From IMG/VR virus record IMGVR_UViG_3300045988_081631: a stretch of 51,506 bases of DNA. The stretch is one strand, 5' to 3'. How positions within the stretch are numbered: position 1 is the first letter of the stretch; the number at the start of each line of letters is the position of its first letter. Under the pieces are notes generated by a model. The model was not told the origin of the DNA. It was given only the letters and a program-made list of their open reading frames with translations, and ran no database searches. The DNA comes from a virus. The position numbers and the translations under genes were made by a program. Shown here one piece after another: positions 19,073-27,769 of the stretch.

Positions 19073-20462
19073 CCCTGTTGCCTCCTGTTTCTTTGTCCTT
19101 CTGTTCGTTATACCACTCCATACCGCGAGTGTATGCGTCCTCGGCATCCGGCGTGATATCGCTGACTTGATAGGCAATCTGCGGATGAACCTTGTCATTC
19201 GCAAGAAGCGTCGTCAGCACAGTGGCCTTTGTGCCGATATCCTCATAGTTCCGTCGCGTAAACTTGCCGACTACATCTTCCGAGTTCAAATCCAGATCGC
19301 CAAGCTTTTTACAGATTCTCAAAGCGGCATTCAAGAATCGCTTGTCGGAATACTCCCAGAGTGTGGCCGTATCCTTTGCCCGTGCTTCTGCATGATACCA
19401 TCCGTTCCGAACGATGGTGCTGCCGTTGTTCGAGCTGTCCGACGTGTTGCCGTCACCTGTGCTGGGCATCCCGACAATCGTCAGAATATCCTTGTAAATA
19501 TCGTTTGCTAGGACCTGCTGATCCGCCTGCTGTAAATCAACGGCTACCGCCTTGATGGAGGGCGTCGAAGCATTTGGAACGGTTTTGGTAAAAACAAACG
19601 CTGACGGCTGGCTTTTCAATTTCGTCTGCTGTTCATCTGTCAGCGTGATGTCATTAAACCACATCAGGCTTTGAACGTTTTGCTCTGTGGCCTCAATTCG
19701 ATTGCTTTCAAGCACATTTGCGGCGTTCATCAGGTCGATCACCTGTTCAAATGCACCTAAGCGGAACTCGTTGTTGACGTATTCAATAATCGGATTGGAA
19801 CCAATCAGGTTTTTTTCTTCCTCTACAGTGTTTCCGTCGATGGTGAAGTGACTATCATCGGTGTACACATCGTAGATATTGCGTTTTCTCCCGTCCTTGC
19901 CCTTTTTGTTGACATAGGTCACGGAGAACACTGGTTCGCTGTCCCTGTATGGCGCATTTTCATAGGCGACAAACGTATTCATAGGGTCAAGCGTTCGGAG
20001 AATGAACGGCACACCATTTTTGTCCTCATTGGGATACACAAAGCGGTATGCAACGCCGCAAATGGAGAAATCATCTGCGAGCCGCTTGTCTGACGCGTGC
20101 TTTCCCGCCAGATACATATAATCGTTCAGCTTGTTAATCCTGCCAGTCAGCTTTGCGCCCTTGCTTCGGCTGACATAAACGACAGGAGCGCCCAAAAGGT
20201 AGGAAACTTTGAAGGTGACAATTTCGGACGCACGGTTTACAACTGTGTTATGAACGATATCCGGTCTTACCGTCTTGCATCTGTCGCAAATCGGCTGACC
20301 ACCGCGGAAATACTTGAACAGATAGTCAATTTCTGTTTTGTTCTGAATATGCACAGTCATCGCCTTGTTCACAGCATCTTTGACATTTTCTGCATTTATG
20401 GATGTGTAATCCGTCAAAATTTCACGCCGTCCGAACAGTTTCAAAGCGTTCCCTCCCTTCAT
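19023..20462 (-). CDS. portal protein
   Basis: 479 aa immediately after terL; SPP1 gp6-like size and an acidic C-terminus. Confidence 0.85.
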   Translation of the reverse strand: MKGGNALKLFGRREILTDYTSINAENVKDAVNKAMTVHIQNKTEIDYLFKYFRGGQPICDRCKTVRPDIVHNTVVNRASEIVTFKVSYLLGAPVVYVSRSKGAKLTGRINKLNDYMYLAGKHASDKRLADDFSICGVAYRFVYPNEDKNGVPFILRTLDPMNTFVAYENAPYRDSEPVFSVTYVNKKGKDGRKRNIYDVYTDDSHFTIDGNTVEEEKNLIGSNPIIEYVNNEFRLGAFEQVIDLMNAANVLESNRIEATEQNVQSLMWFNDITLTDEQQTKLKSQPSAFVFTKTVPNASTPSIKAVAVDLQQADQQVLANDIYKDILTIVGMPSTGDGNTSDSSNNGSTIVRNGWYHAEARAKDTATLWEYSDKRFLNAALRICKKLGDLDLNSEDVVGKFTRRNYEDIGTKATVLTTLLANDKVHPQIAYQVSDITPDAEDAYTRGMEWYNEQKDKETGGNRDEAGQGDSGSNRSDSE

Positions 20463-20519
20463 TTTTCCTTTCCTTGATTATATAAAAGAATAAACTCTAT
20501 TTCAATTCGTGCGACAGCT

Positions 20520-20554
20520 AATCACACAAAACTGTGTCTACTTTTTGTGTGATT
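20520..20554. repeat. perfect 12-bp inverted repeat overlapping the terL stop
   Basis: aatcacacaaaa-11 nt-ttttgtgtgatt. Confidence 0.8.
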
Positions 20555-22184
20555 ACCACAGTCTATCCATTAGAAAGACCTTGACAGCCGTCGATTGATC
20601 CATTTCGATGGCCTGCGCCAAACTGTCCGGCGCATCGTCATTTTTGTTCTTGCCGATCATTTTGAATGAAAACACGTTTTGCATAAAAAGCTGATATTCC
20701 TTTGACCTCTTTCCTTCCGCAAGGAAAATCATTCTTTCCCGAATATCCGGAGCTTTGTCAAAAATGCGTTGTGCTTTTCCGCCGATTGTGATTGCAGTCG
20801 TCTTTGTCGTTAAGTTAATCCTCTTGTTCTGTGCTTTCAAAAGCTCTTCTACGCCCTCTGCATAAGCAATGGTTGTTTTATTCGCCTCAAACTGCAAAGC
20901 CGCCACATCGTTGTTTATGACACTTTCAGCGACAAGCTGCTGAGTTGTCCTCTTATCCCCGTTGTTGTAAACCACGGCAGGAACATAAATATCATTGCCA
21001 TACTTCACGCAAACAGGCCCGGCAACAAAGTCGCCTCCGCCCCACGCGGGATCAACCGCCATGAATATCCTGTCCGGCACACTGTCTGGCAACTCACCGT
21101 TGTAGTAACGGAAATCGTCAGGCTCAAACACTGCCCCGTCACGCTCAATCGGCGCACCCATGTACTGGGCAAACCACGAGGCCATATCATTATTCCGTTC
21201 AAACGACGCACGCCTCTGCTGGTAGACTTCGGTTGAGAATCCCACGCCGTAGAGATAGTCAAAGTTGCTTTCGTCGTTCTCATCCAGTGCAGGAAGATTG
21301 ATAATTCGATACCGATGATCCCTGAACTTCTCGCTGTTCATGATTGTGTCGATCCTTAATCCAATCGGATCAAGCAATGACCATCGCGTACCGCACCACA
21401 GAATCTTTGCATTTCCCTTCGCGCGGGACAGCATGTTGTTATCCACTTTGCCCCACGCAGAAATCAGGCGGTCTTTACTCATCGCTTCTTCAATGCCGCT
21501 CAACAGGTCGTCCGACATCAAAATGCCGTCAACGTCAACGCTGCCGTTCAGCGTTCCGTATAGCGAACGGCACGTCAGCGACGCATAGCGCTTGTTCCGG
21601 TCAATGTTCAGCGTTTCCATCTTGCTGTTTGTTGACGCGACCTCTTTCCCCGGAAATATCTCTTTCCACAGGTATGTTTTGGGGTCGTTCAGAATTTCCA
21701 TAACGCCATTATAGAACGCGTTTGTAATGTTGTCCGAATACGCGCAATACAGGTTAGAGCGCTCGCTATCCCGGCCAATCGCCCACGTCATGTAGAACAT
21801 GAGAATCGACGTTTTTCCAACGCGCGGCGGCATGGACAGGAACAGTTCGTCCAACCGATCATCCGCCAAATCCTGCAAAGCTTCAACAAGCGCGAGCAGT
21901 GTCTTTCTGCGCGGCAGGTAGAATTTCTCCTCCGGCTTTCTATTCCACTCCAGATACAGCAGATAGCTGTCAAAATCCTTTGGAGCCGCCCACTTATAGG
22001 TTTCCTTCACCAGCTCATACGCGGCCATATCGCCACGCACGGCCAGTCTTTCGGCATACTTCCGCGCTTCCTTGCACAAAGCCAAATCATCCGTATTTTG
22101 CGCCATACTGAACAGCATCGCCACATTATCCAGCTTCCCCATATCCGACGCTCTAAGCCGCTCTATGATCTCCTGATCTGTCAT
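20553..22184 (-). CDS. terL: terminase large subunit
   Basis: 543 aa. Walker A-like MPPRVGKTS, then an acidic motif, then the C-terminal nuclease region. Confidence 0.9.
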   Translation of the reverse strand: MTDQEIIERLRASDMGKLDNVAMLFSMAQNTDDLALCKEARKYAERLAVRGDMAAYELVKETYKWAAPKDFDSYLLYLEWNRKPEEKFYLPRRKTLLALVEALQDLADDRLDELFLSMPPRVGKTSILMFYMTWAIGRDSERSNLYCAYSDNITNAFYNGVMEILNDPKTYLWKEIFPGKEVASTNSKMETLNIDRNKRYASLTCRSLYGTLNGSVDVDGILMSDDLLSGIEEAMSKDRLISAWGKVDNNMLSRAKGNAKILWCGTRWSLLDPIGLRIDTIMNSEKFRDHRYRIINLPALDENDESNFDYLYGVGFSTEVYQQRRASFERNNDMASWFAQYMGAPIERDGAVFEPDDFRYYNGELPDSVPDRIFMAVDPAWGGGDFVAGPVCVKYGNDIYVPAVVYNNGDKRTTQQLVAESVINNDVAALQFEANKTTIAYAEGVEELLKAQNKRINLTTKTTAITIGGKAQRIFDKAPDIRERMIFLAEGKRSKEYQLFMQNVFSFKMIGKNKNDDAPDSLAQAIEMDQSTAVKVFLMDRLW

Positions 22185-22193
22185 ATTCCCTCC

Positions 22194-22224
22194 AAAACAA
22201 AAAGCCGCAGTTTCTCACTACGGC
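22194..22224 (-). terminator. intrinsic terminator ending a few nt upstream of the terL RBS
   Basis: Minus strand GCCGTAG-TGAGAAA-CTGCGGC TTTTTGTTTT GGAGGGAATATG. The stem has a G.U pair only in minus-strand RNA. Confidence 0.65.
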
Positions 22225-22242
22225 TCTACGGAAATATAAAGA

Positions 22243-22268
22243 GGGCCGCAGTCCAATGACTACGACCC
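22243..22268 (-). promoter_or_regulatory. upstream hairpin related in sequence to the terL terminator (possible attenuator partner)
   Basis: Minus strand GGGGTCGTAG-TCATTGGA-CTGCGGCCC. It shares CGTAG and CTGCGGC with the terminator arms. Confidence 0.45.
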
Positions 22269-22312
22269 CTATTAGTCGTCTACGAGCACCCTATTGCGCT
22301 GATTTGATTATA

Positions 22313-23164
22313 TCATTCCTGCTTTTCTTCGTCAACTTTCATCCGTGCTTCCTCGATCAGCGGTTTATGGTACTTTTCCTCCGCTTCTTCTCTGACAGCT
22401 ATTGCATCTGACAAACGGCTGTAAAGGCCAATGGTTTTCTTCTCCCCGTTTACGCCAATCGTCACGCCCCAGCCTTTCTTCCTGCTGTTCCAGAATACAC
22501 CCTTTCGCCCTGACTTATTATTCTTAGATGTTTTCCGCATCAGCTGGTACACGTTGGAGTGTTCCACATCGCCCAAATGCAGCCGCCTGTGCATCTCTTT
22601 CACTACGTCCGCATTTGCACACCCGCATGACACAGCGCGTCCACGTTTAAGGTCTGTTCCGCTTGCCAATCGTTCCTTTCCACAGTCGCAGACACAGCGG
22701 TACATCATGTTTCCCGCCTCGCCGCTATTGCACTGCTTAATATCTGTCCGTTCGACGACCGTCAACCGTCCAAACCGCTTGCCGATAAGTTCCTGTTCAA
22801 GCATCTTTCCTCTTCGCTTACAACCACAGGACACGCTTGCGCCACTCACCAGCTTTGCCGCCCGCACACTAACCTCTTTACCGCAATCGCATCTGCAAAC
22901 ATAGCTCACTGTCTTCTGCGTTTCATCCCTGTGTAAGACTGTCAGATACCCGAACCTCTTTCCCGTTAAATCCGGCAGTCTATTTTGACATCCGCAGGAC
23001 GTTGTATGCCCGCTTCGCAGATTTCCAAGCCTATATTCCTTCATGCTGCCGCACAGCAGGCATTTCGCCTCGCACATCGGGATTGTTCGAGGCGGCTTGC
23101 CCGGTCTAAGATACGGCGCACGCCACTCTCGGATTACCTCAAGATTGCCATAGCGTGTGCCCAT
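22313..23164 (-). CDS. Zn-ribbon-repeat protein with a C-terminal AP2-like DNA-binding domain
   Basis: Three modules G(K)RFGxLTV...C.CDCG....SCGC, then GVFWNSRKKGWGVTIGVNGEKKTIGLYSRLSDAIAVREEAE (AP2-like). Confidence 0.7.
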   Translation of the reverse strand: MGTRYGNLEVIREWRAPYLRPGKPPRTIPMCEAKCLLCGSMKEYRLGNLRSGHTTSCGCQNRLPDLTGKRFGYLTVLHRDETQKTVSYVCRCDCGKEVSVRAAKLVSGASVSCGCKRRGKMLEQELIGKRFGRLTVVERTDIKQCNSGEAGNMMYRCVCDCGKERLASGTDLKRGRAVSCGCANADVVKEMHRRLHLGDVEHSNVYQLMRKTSKNNKSGRKGVFWNSRKKGWGVTIGVNGEKKTIGLYSRLSDAIAVREEAEEKYHKPLIEEARMKVDEEKQE

Positions 23165-23610
23165 AGAATCACCCCTTTTTGTTCTTGCAGGTGCTCACGG
23201 GGTCTACCCCGCGCGTCAGCCGCTACCCCCTTATTACCCCCGCCGGGGTATCCCCGCGCGCGTGTCTCGGTGCGTGTGCCGCCTGTATGGGGCATATACG
23301 CCGCGCATCCTTCCCACGGCTGTTGATGTGGCCGCCGTGAACGTGTGCCCCGGTGGATGTGTCGCCATCTGTGCGCGCTGTCTGCATCATATCGGCAGGC
23401 CGTCAGCCGCTCCCGCTATCACCCGCAGGCAGACCGCCGACGGGAACACCTGCCGCGCATCATCTGCCGGGCGTGTCCACCGCGCCGCCGGACATCCGCG
23501 CGCCTCTTGTATCAGTCAAGCCCCGGCAGGCCGTGAAGCGCGCCGGGGCTGGTTGTCGTGTGTCTGGCGCTGTCATCCTCTGACAGCTGCCGCCGTCGTC
23601 CGCGATCTGC

Positions 23611-23871
23611 TCACGGCGTGGGCGCGTCGCCCTCGTGATCTTCGGCGCGCCCCTCTACGGGCTTGCCCGTCTTGGGGTCGTATCCGTCCGCGATCATGCA
23701 CCGCGCAATACACCGCCGCATCATTGTAGCGCGCGGAAGCCCAAGCGCCGCCGCGTATGCGTCGAGGGCTGCGCGGTCATCTGGCGAAAGCTGTATAGTG
23801 ATCTGCCGCGCCCCGCTTATCTCCCTGTATCGCGCATTAGCGGCCATCTGTGCGGCCTTATCGTATGCCAT
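23611..23871 (-). CDS. ribbon-helix-helix (CopG/Arc-like) DNA-binding protein
   Basis: 86 aa. ARQITIQLSPDDRAALDAYAAALGLPRATMMRRCI fits a beta-strand plus two helices. Confidence 0.6.
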   Translation of the reverse strand: MAYDKAAQMAANARYREISGARQITIQLSPDDRAALDAYAAALGLPRATMMRRCIARCMIADGYDPKTGKPVEGRAEDHEGDAPTP

Positions 23872-23888
23872 CGTATCACCTCCATATA

Positions 23889-23917
23889 ATAATAACGCAT
23901 GCGTTAAAAAAAGTCAA
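23889..23917 (-). promoter_or_regulatory. putative promoter of the RHH gene, with a 14-bp palindromic operator (23893..23906) in its spacer
   Basis: TTGACT-17-TATTAT on the minus strand. The palindrome is taacgcatgcgtta. The leader to the ATG would be very short. Confidence 0.5.
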
Positions 23918-23936
23918 TAATAATTCGCAAAAACTC

Positions 23937-23965
23937 TTGACAATCGCTAATAGTAGTGTTATAAT
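23937..23965 (+). promoter_or_regulatory. consensus sigma-A type promoter driving the GC-rich plus-strand island
   Basis: TTGACA (23937..23942), 17-nt spacer, TATAAT (23960..23965). Confidence 0.75.
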
Positions 23966-24117
23966 ATAGGTGTCAAGAGGAAAGAGGAAAGGCCGACGGG
24001 CGGCCGCCTCCCCGGTGCTATGAGTGAGACGCAACCGCGACACGACGAGCGCACAGGAGCCAGGGCACGAGCCGGGAAAAGCCCGAAATGAAGCCGAAAA
24101 GGCAAGGAGAGAAAACC

Positions 24118-24399
24118 ATGAATAAACTTAAGATGCGAGATGCTTTCAATCGTAACGCGTGGAAATACCTGACCGCCGCCGAGCGCCGCGCGCAACTCAA
24201 AGTTGAGCAGGCCAAGGAGTGCAGCGGCCTGCGCCGCTATCCCAGCACTTGCAGCGCCGTACTGGCCCGCATCCCTGCCGAGTGGTGGGGCAAGTACAAC
24301 GCCGAACACATCGGCGAGGTGATGCGGCTGCTGAAAGCCGCCTACGATGACGGACGGCAGCACCCAAGCCCTGACGAGTGGGAAAAAATCCGCTACTAA
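24118..24399 (+). CDS. hypothetical protein (93 aa), island gene 1
   Basis: AAGGAGAG RBS; GC-rich third codon positions. Confidence 0.6.
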   Translation: MNKLKMRDAFNRNAWKYLTAAERRAQLKVEQAKECSGLRRYPSTCSAVLARIPAEWWGKYNAEHIGEVMRLLKAAYDDGRQHPSPDEWEKIRY

Positions 24400-24509
24400 C
24401 TCCACCCGATGAGAGCCGGACGGCAACCGGCCGAAACGCCGCCCCACGTGGCGCGCGTCGTGGAAAGCCACAAAAAAGCCCCCAAGCGGGGGCGGGAGGT
24501 ATGAAGATT

Positions 24510-24872
24510 ATGAAAAAGTATATTATCAATCCGATTCCGGGCACTATGCGCGTCGATTTCGACAAATCCAGCGCAAAAGGCGAAAAAATCCGCGTCACCC
24601 TGTCCCGTGGCACTGACACCGGCGTGAAAGACAGTCTGCCCGCCCTGTGGGTAAAGCACGGTTTCACCGCGTCCCGGCTATCGGACTGGTGGAACGTCGA
24701 GGTTGTGGCGACTGCCCCGGACGGTACGGAACACCACCGCTACAACCCGCAGACGGCGCGGAATCGCAAAATAGATTTTGCGTGGATGCTCCCCGCGACC
24801 GAGGAGAACGCGCAGAAAATTTTTGACGAAATCGCCCGCCGCGCGGGTATTGTGTGGGAGGTTGCCGCATGA
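24510..24872 (+). CDS. hypothetical protein (120 aa), island gene 2
   Basis: GGGAGG is 10 nt before ATG 24510 (ATG 24501 is too close to the RBS). Confidence 0.6.
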   Translation: MKKYIINPIPGTMRVDFDKSSAKGEKIRVTLSRGTDTGVKDSLPALWVKHGFTASRLSDWWNVEVVATAPDGTEHHRYNPQTARNRKIDFAWMLPATEENAQKIFDEIARRAGIVWEVAA

Positions 24873-25144
24873 GCGAAACCATGTTAGCGGCAAACGTCGC
24901 CGCAATCGTCGCGATCCGCGCCCAAATTGAGGCGCTGAAAAACCAGCTTTGCCCGCTTGAGGATGCCGTCAAGATCGAGATGGCCGAGCGGAACGCCGAG
25001 GAGATCACCGCCGCCGGGCACGTTGTCCGCTGGAAGGTCGTAACCTCTAAGCGGCTCGACACCGCCGCGCTGAAAAAGGCGCTGCCGGAGATCGTCGAGC
25101 AGTACACCAAGGAGGCGCGCGCCTGCCGCTTTACGGTGGATTAA
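24869..25144 (+). CDS. hypothetical coiled-coil protein (91 aa), island gene 3
   Basis: ATGA overlap with gene 2; GGGAGG RBS. Confidence 0.6.
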   Translation: MSETMLAANVAAIVAIRAQIEALKNQLCPLEDAVKIEMAERNAEEITAAGHVVRWKVVTSKRLDTAALKKALPEIVEQYTKEARACRFTVD

Positions 25145-25253
25145 AAAACGGGTGTATGAGTATGGCGACTCATACACCCAAGCGCCGCCCCACTACGACA
25201 TAAGGCCGACGCGGTTATTATATCACCCGCGCGGCAGAAAGGCAAGGAAAGCA

Positions 25254-25517
25254 ATGAATAACTTTGAAAATTTTAATGGCTGCTGGGCTGTTTTTTGCGA
25301 ACTCGACGCGGAAGATTGCGACGACCGCCGCGCGCGCGTCTCGGTTGTGGGTGCTTTTGCCTACCCCTGCAACGCAGAGGACTTTATCCGGCTTTGCATC
25401 CCGGCGGAAAATCGCGACCGCTTCCGCATCTGCCGGGTTTCCGACCTGCCGCAGGTGCGGGAGGATATCGCCGCCGGTATGGGCGAGAGCCCCAAGGCAT
25501 ACAAGCCGATATTTTGA
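25254..25517 (+). CDS. hypothetical protein (87 aa), island gene 4
   Basis: RBS AAGGAAAG; start MNNFENFNGCW. Confidence 0.55.
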   Translation: MNNFENFNGCWAVFCELDAEDCDDRRARVSVVGAFAYPCNAEDFIRLCIPAENRDRFRICRVSDLPQVREDIAAGMGESPKAYKPIF

Positions 25518-25629
25518 CGAGCCGAAACAAGCCCCCCATGTGGGGGCTTGTCCGTCGGGAACAGCCGCCCGGCGCTGATGATGGCAGGCTAACACACTAC
25601 GACAGCCCAGACGGGCGGGAGGTTGCATC

Positions 25630-26712
25630 ATGTATCAAGAGACCAAAGCCGACACCCTGCGCATTTTGGCGCACGGACTCCGCGTCAACGGCGCAAAGAC
25701 GCTTGTGAAATGCTGGTACAGCATCGACGGCGACAAAACGCAAATCTATGCGCGCAGCTACTCCGACAAGCTCCCGCGCGACATCCTGCCCGTGCAGAAT
25801 GATACCGACATCATGACAGATTATTTTGACGAGGACAGCGCTACGCTTTCCGCCGAACATCCGCTCTATCCCTTCTTCCGCGCGGCGGCAATCCGGGAAA
25901 AGCTGGCATTTGCCAAAAAGCACCCGGCACATAACGCCACGATTGACAGCGCCCGCGCCGAAGAGGCCGCGCGCCTGTCCGCCGAGCTGGAGACGCTGCC
26001 GAGCGGTCAGCCCACCCCCGCAGACGTTGACCGCGCCCGCGCATACATGGACGCGCAGCGCAGAGCGGCGGCGGAAGCGGAAGAGCGCGCCCGCCGTGAA
26101 GAGTGGGAGCGCAGCGCAGAGGTGGAGCGGCAAAAAGAGCAGGACGCGCGCGAGACCATCGCCGCAGCTGTCGCGGCTTATCCGCTCAAGGACGGTGCGC
26201 CCTATGTCGTCATCAGATGGAGCGAGCACCCCGGCATTGATGAGGGCTTGGCGCTTTCCGTCGCCGCCGCTGATCTGGTGCTATCCCATCTTGACGAGGT
26301 GCAGCACGCGCGCCGCGTGAATGATGGGTTGCGTGGGTATGATAAGACGGCGTTTGTCGTCCACTACACCAAGGGCGGCGAGCCGCTGACCTTTGCCGAC
26401 CGCTACGACATCGGCGACGGTATCGGCGGACTGATCGAGGCTATCCGGCACTATGATAGCAATCTAGCCGAGATGCTGGAGGCATACGGCCCCGCCTTCA
26501 CCGCGCCCGCCGAGCAAGCGAGCACGGAAGCCGCCGGGCGTGTCCTGTCCTTTGCCGTCTGCAAGACCGCCCACGAGTATAAGCAGATGGACGCCGCCGC
26601 CGACAGTATAGCCGGGCTGCTGCTGGACATCCTCGGCGCTTCCGCGCCCCATCTGCCCACGCGACAGGCTACCCCGCAGCCATCCGGGCGCGTGCTTGCC
26701 TTCCACCGCTGA
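25630..26712 (+). CDS. hypothetical 360-aa protein, island gene 5. The C-terminal part resembles accessory domains seen on conjugative-element polyvalent proteins
   Basis: GGGAGG RBS. Central Arg/Glu/Ala coiled coil. C-terminal YVVIRWSEHPGIDEGLAL... The domain assignment is recollection only. Confidence 0.6.
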   Translation: MYQETKADTLRILAHGLRVNGAKTLVKCWYSIDGDKTQIYARSYSDKLPRDILPVQNDTDIMTDYFDEDSATLSAEHPLYPFFRAAAIREKLAFAKKHPAHNATIDSARAEEAARLSAELETLPSGQPTPADVDRARAYMDAQRRAAAEAEERARREEWERSAEVERQKEQDARETIAAAVAAYPLKDGAPYVVIRWSEHPGIDEGLALSVAAADLVLSHLDEVQHARRVNDGLRGYDKTAFVVHYTKGGEPLTFADRYDIGDGIGGLIEAIRHYDSNLAEMLEAYGPAFTAPAEQASTEAAGRVLSFAVCKTAHEYKQMDAAADSIAGLLLDILGASAPHLPTRQATPQPSGRVLAFHR

Positions 26713-26935
26713 CCCTTCCGCCTGCCTGTTTGCGGTGTTTCCCCTTGTCCGGGTTCCCTTCATCGGCATACCTGGCAGGGGTATTCTTTCCGTGGCGGTC
26801 TGCCAGCGGGCTACTTCCGCCAGAATACACGCACATTTCACGCGTAATATGGCAAGTTAGCGGGGCGATTCTACAAAATCCCGTTCAAAAGCACCCCCGT
26901 ACCTTTTTTGAGCGCGAAAAATTTGCTTCCAGATT

Positions 26936-26982
26936 TTTTCTGAAAATTTTGGTTTCGCAAAATTGGCTAGGGAATTTGAAAA
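26936..26982. repeat. about 47-nt imperfect direct repeat, copy 1 (partner 27770..27817)
   Basis: ttttctgaaaattttggtttcgcaaaattggctagggaatttgaaaa versus ttttcctgaaaattctgatttcgaaaaatggctggaggagtttgaaaa. Confidence 0.8.
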
Positions 26983-27304
26983 AAGTTTTTGATATTGTGC
27001 ATAACGCATCACACAAACGCATACGCTATAACCGCAGAGATCGAAACGCTCCCCAGCGCTCTTCTAAAGCCCTTTTTACCCTCTTTCCTTGTTTCTGTTC
27101 AAATCTGCGTACTTGTCACAATACGTTGTCAATCGGTATCAAAAAACGCGCCTTTATACCTTCCGTTCCCTTCTAAATCGACATAATTTTGTCACAGTTG
27201 CAGATATGAACCGATTCCGACACTTTCAGCCTTGAAAGTGTGCAAATCCCACGGGGAAAGTGTACAACTTTTTCCTCATTTCAAGCATAACATGGGGGTA
27301 TTCT

Positions 27305-27583
27305 ATGATGCAAAATTCATCCGAAATCCTGCTTCCGCTGTCCGTCTATCAAAACTGTGGGCGATTTGAACAATCAGATTTGAGCGCTCACGCCATGTAC
27401 TACATTGTTTTCGCCTATCACGAGGGCACCGGCGACCGCTTCCGCCTGTCCTATCTGGTTTCCCCTCTGTATGACGAGCTGGAGGAAGCCGTTAAAGCTG
27501 GGGAGATCACAGACCGAGAAGCACGTGCTCGTGTGATAGGCTCTATTCGCTGGGATATGCCGTCCAGCGTAGAGACAGACTAA
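27305..27583 (+). CDS. hypothetical protein (92 aa)
   Basis: In-frame ATG 27305 after GGGGGT. Bracketed by the 47-nt repeats and followed by a terminator. Confidence 0.5.
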   Translation: MMQNSSEILLPLSVYQNCGRFEQSDLSAHAMYYIVFAYHEGTGDRFRLSYLVSPLYDELEEAVKAGEITDREARARVIGSIRWDMPSSVETD

Positions 27584-27720
27584 AGGCCTTTCCAGCCTGC
27601 CTTTTTCCAACCCTTCAACCATACCGTCCAGCAGGCAGAAGCGCCCACAGACGGCGCAGAACCGCCGTAGAACAATTCCGGTTTCTGCAAGTTATCGCTT
27701 ATTTTCTCAAAAATATCAAG

Positions 27721-27758
27721 AAAAAATCGACCTCAGCTTTTTCAGAGGTCGATTTTTT
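27721..27758. terminator. bidirectional intrinsic terminator
   Basis: aaaaaa-tcgacctc-10 nt-gaggtcga-tttttt. Confidence 0.8.
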
Positions 27759-27769
27759 GATTCCTAAAA

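Noticed and set aside
23157-23729. 190-aa plus-strand ORF across the GC-rich spacer, plus the nested ORFs 23345..23536 and 23353..23583
   Set aside because: The composition is Arg/Ala/Pro/Cys-rich, as expected from random frames in very GC-rich DNA. It overlaps the RHH gene antisense and has no RBS. The region is treated as non-coding.
23959-26229. Long minus-strand ORFs inside the GC island (23959..24471, 24197..24667, 24664..25110, 25597..26229)
   Set aside because: They are antisense to plus-strand genes that have good RBSs, coupled stops and starts, and GC-rich third positions. Stop codons are simply rare in GC-rich DNA.
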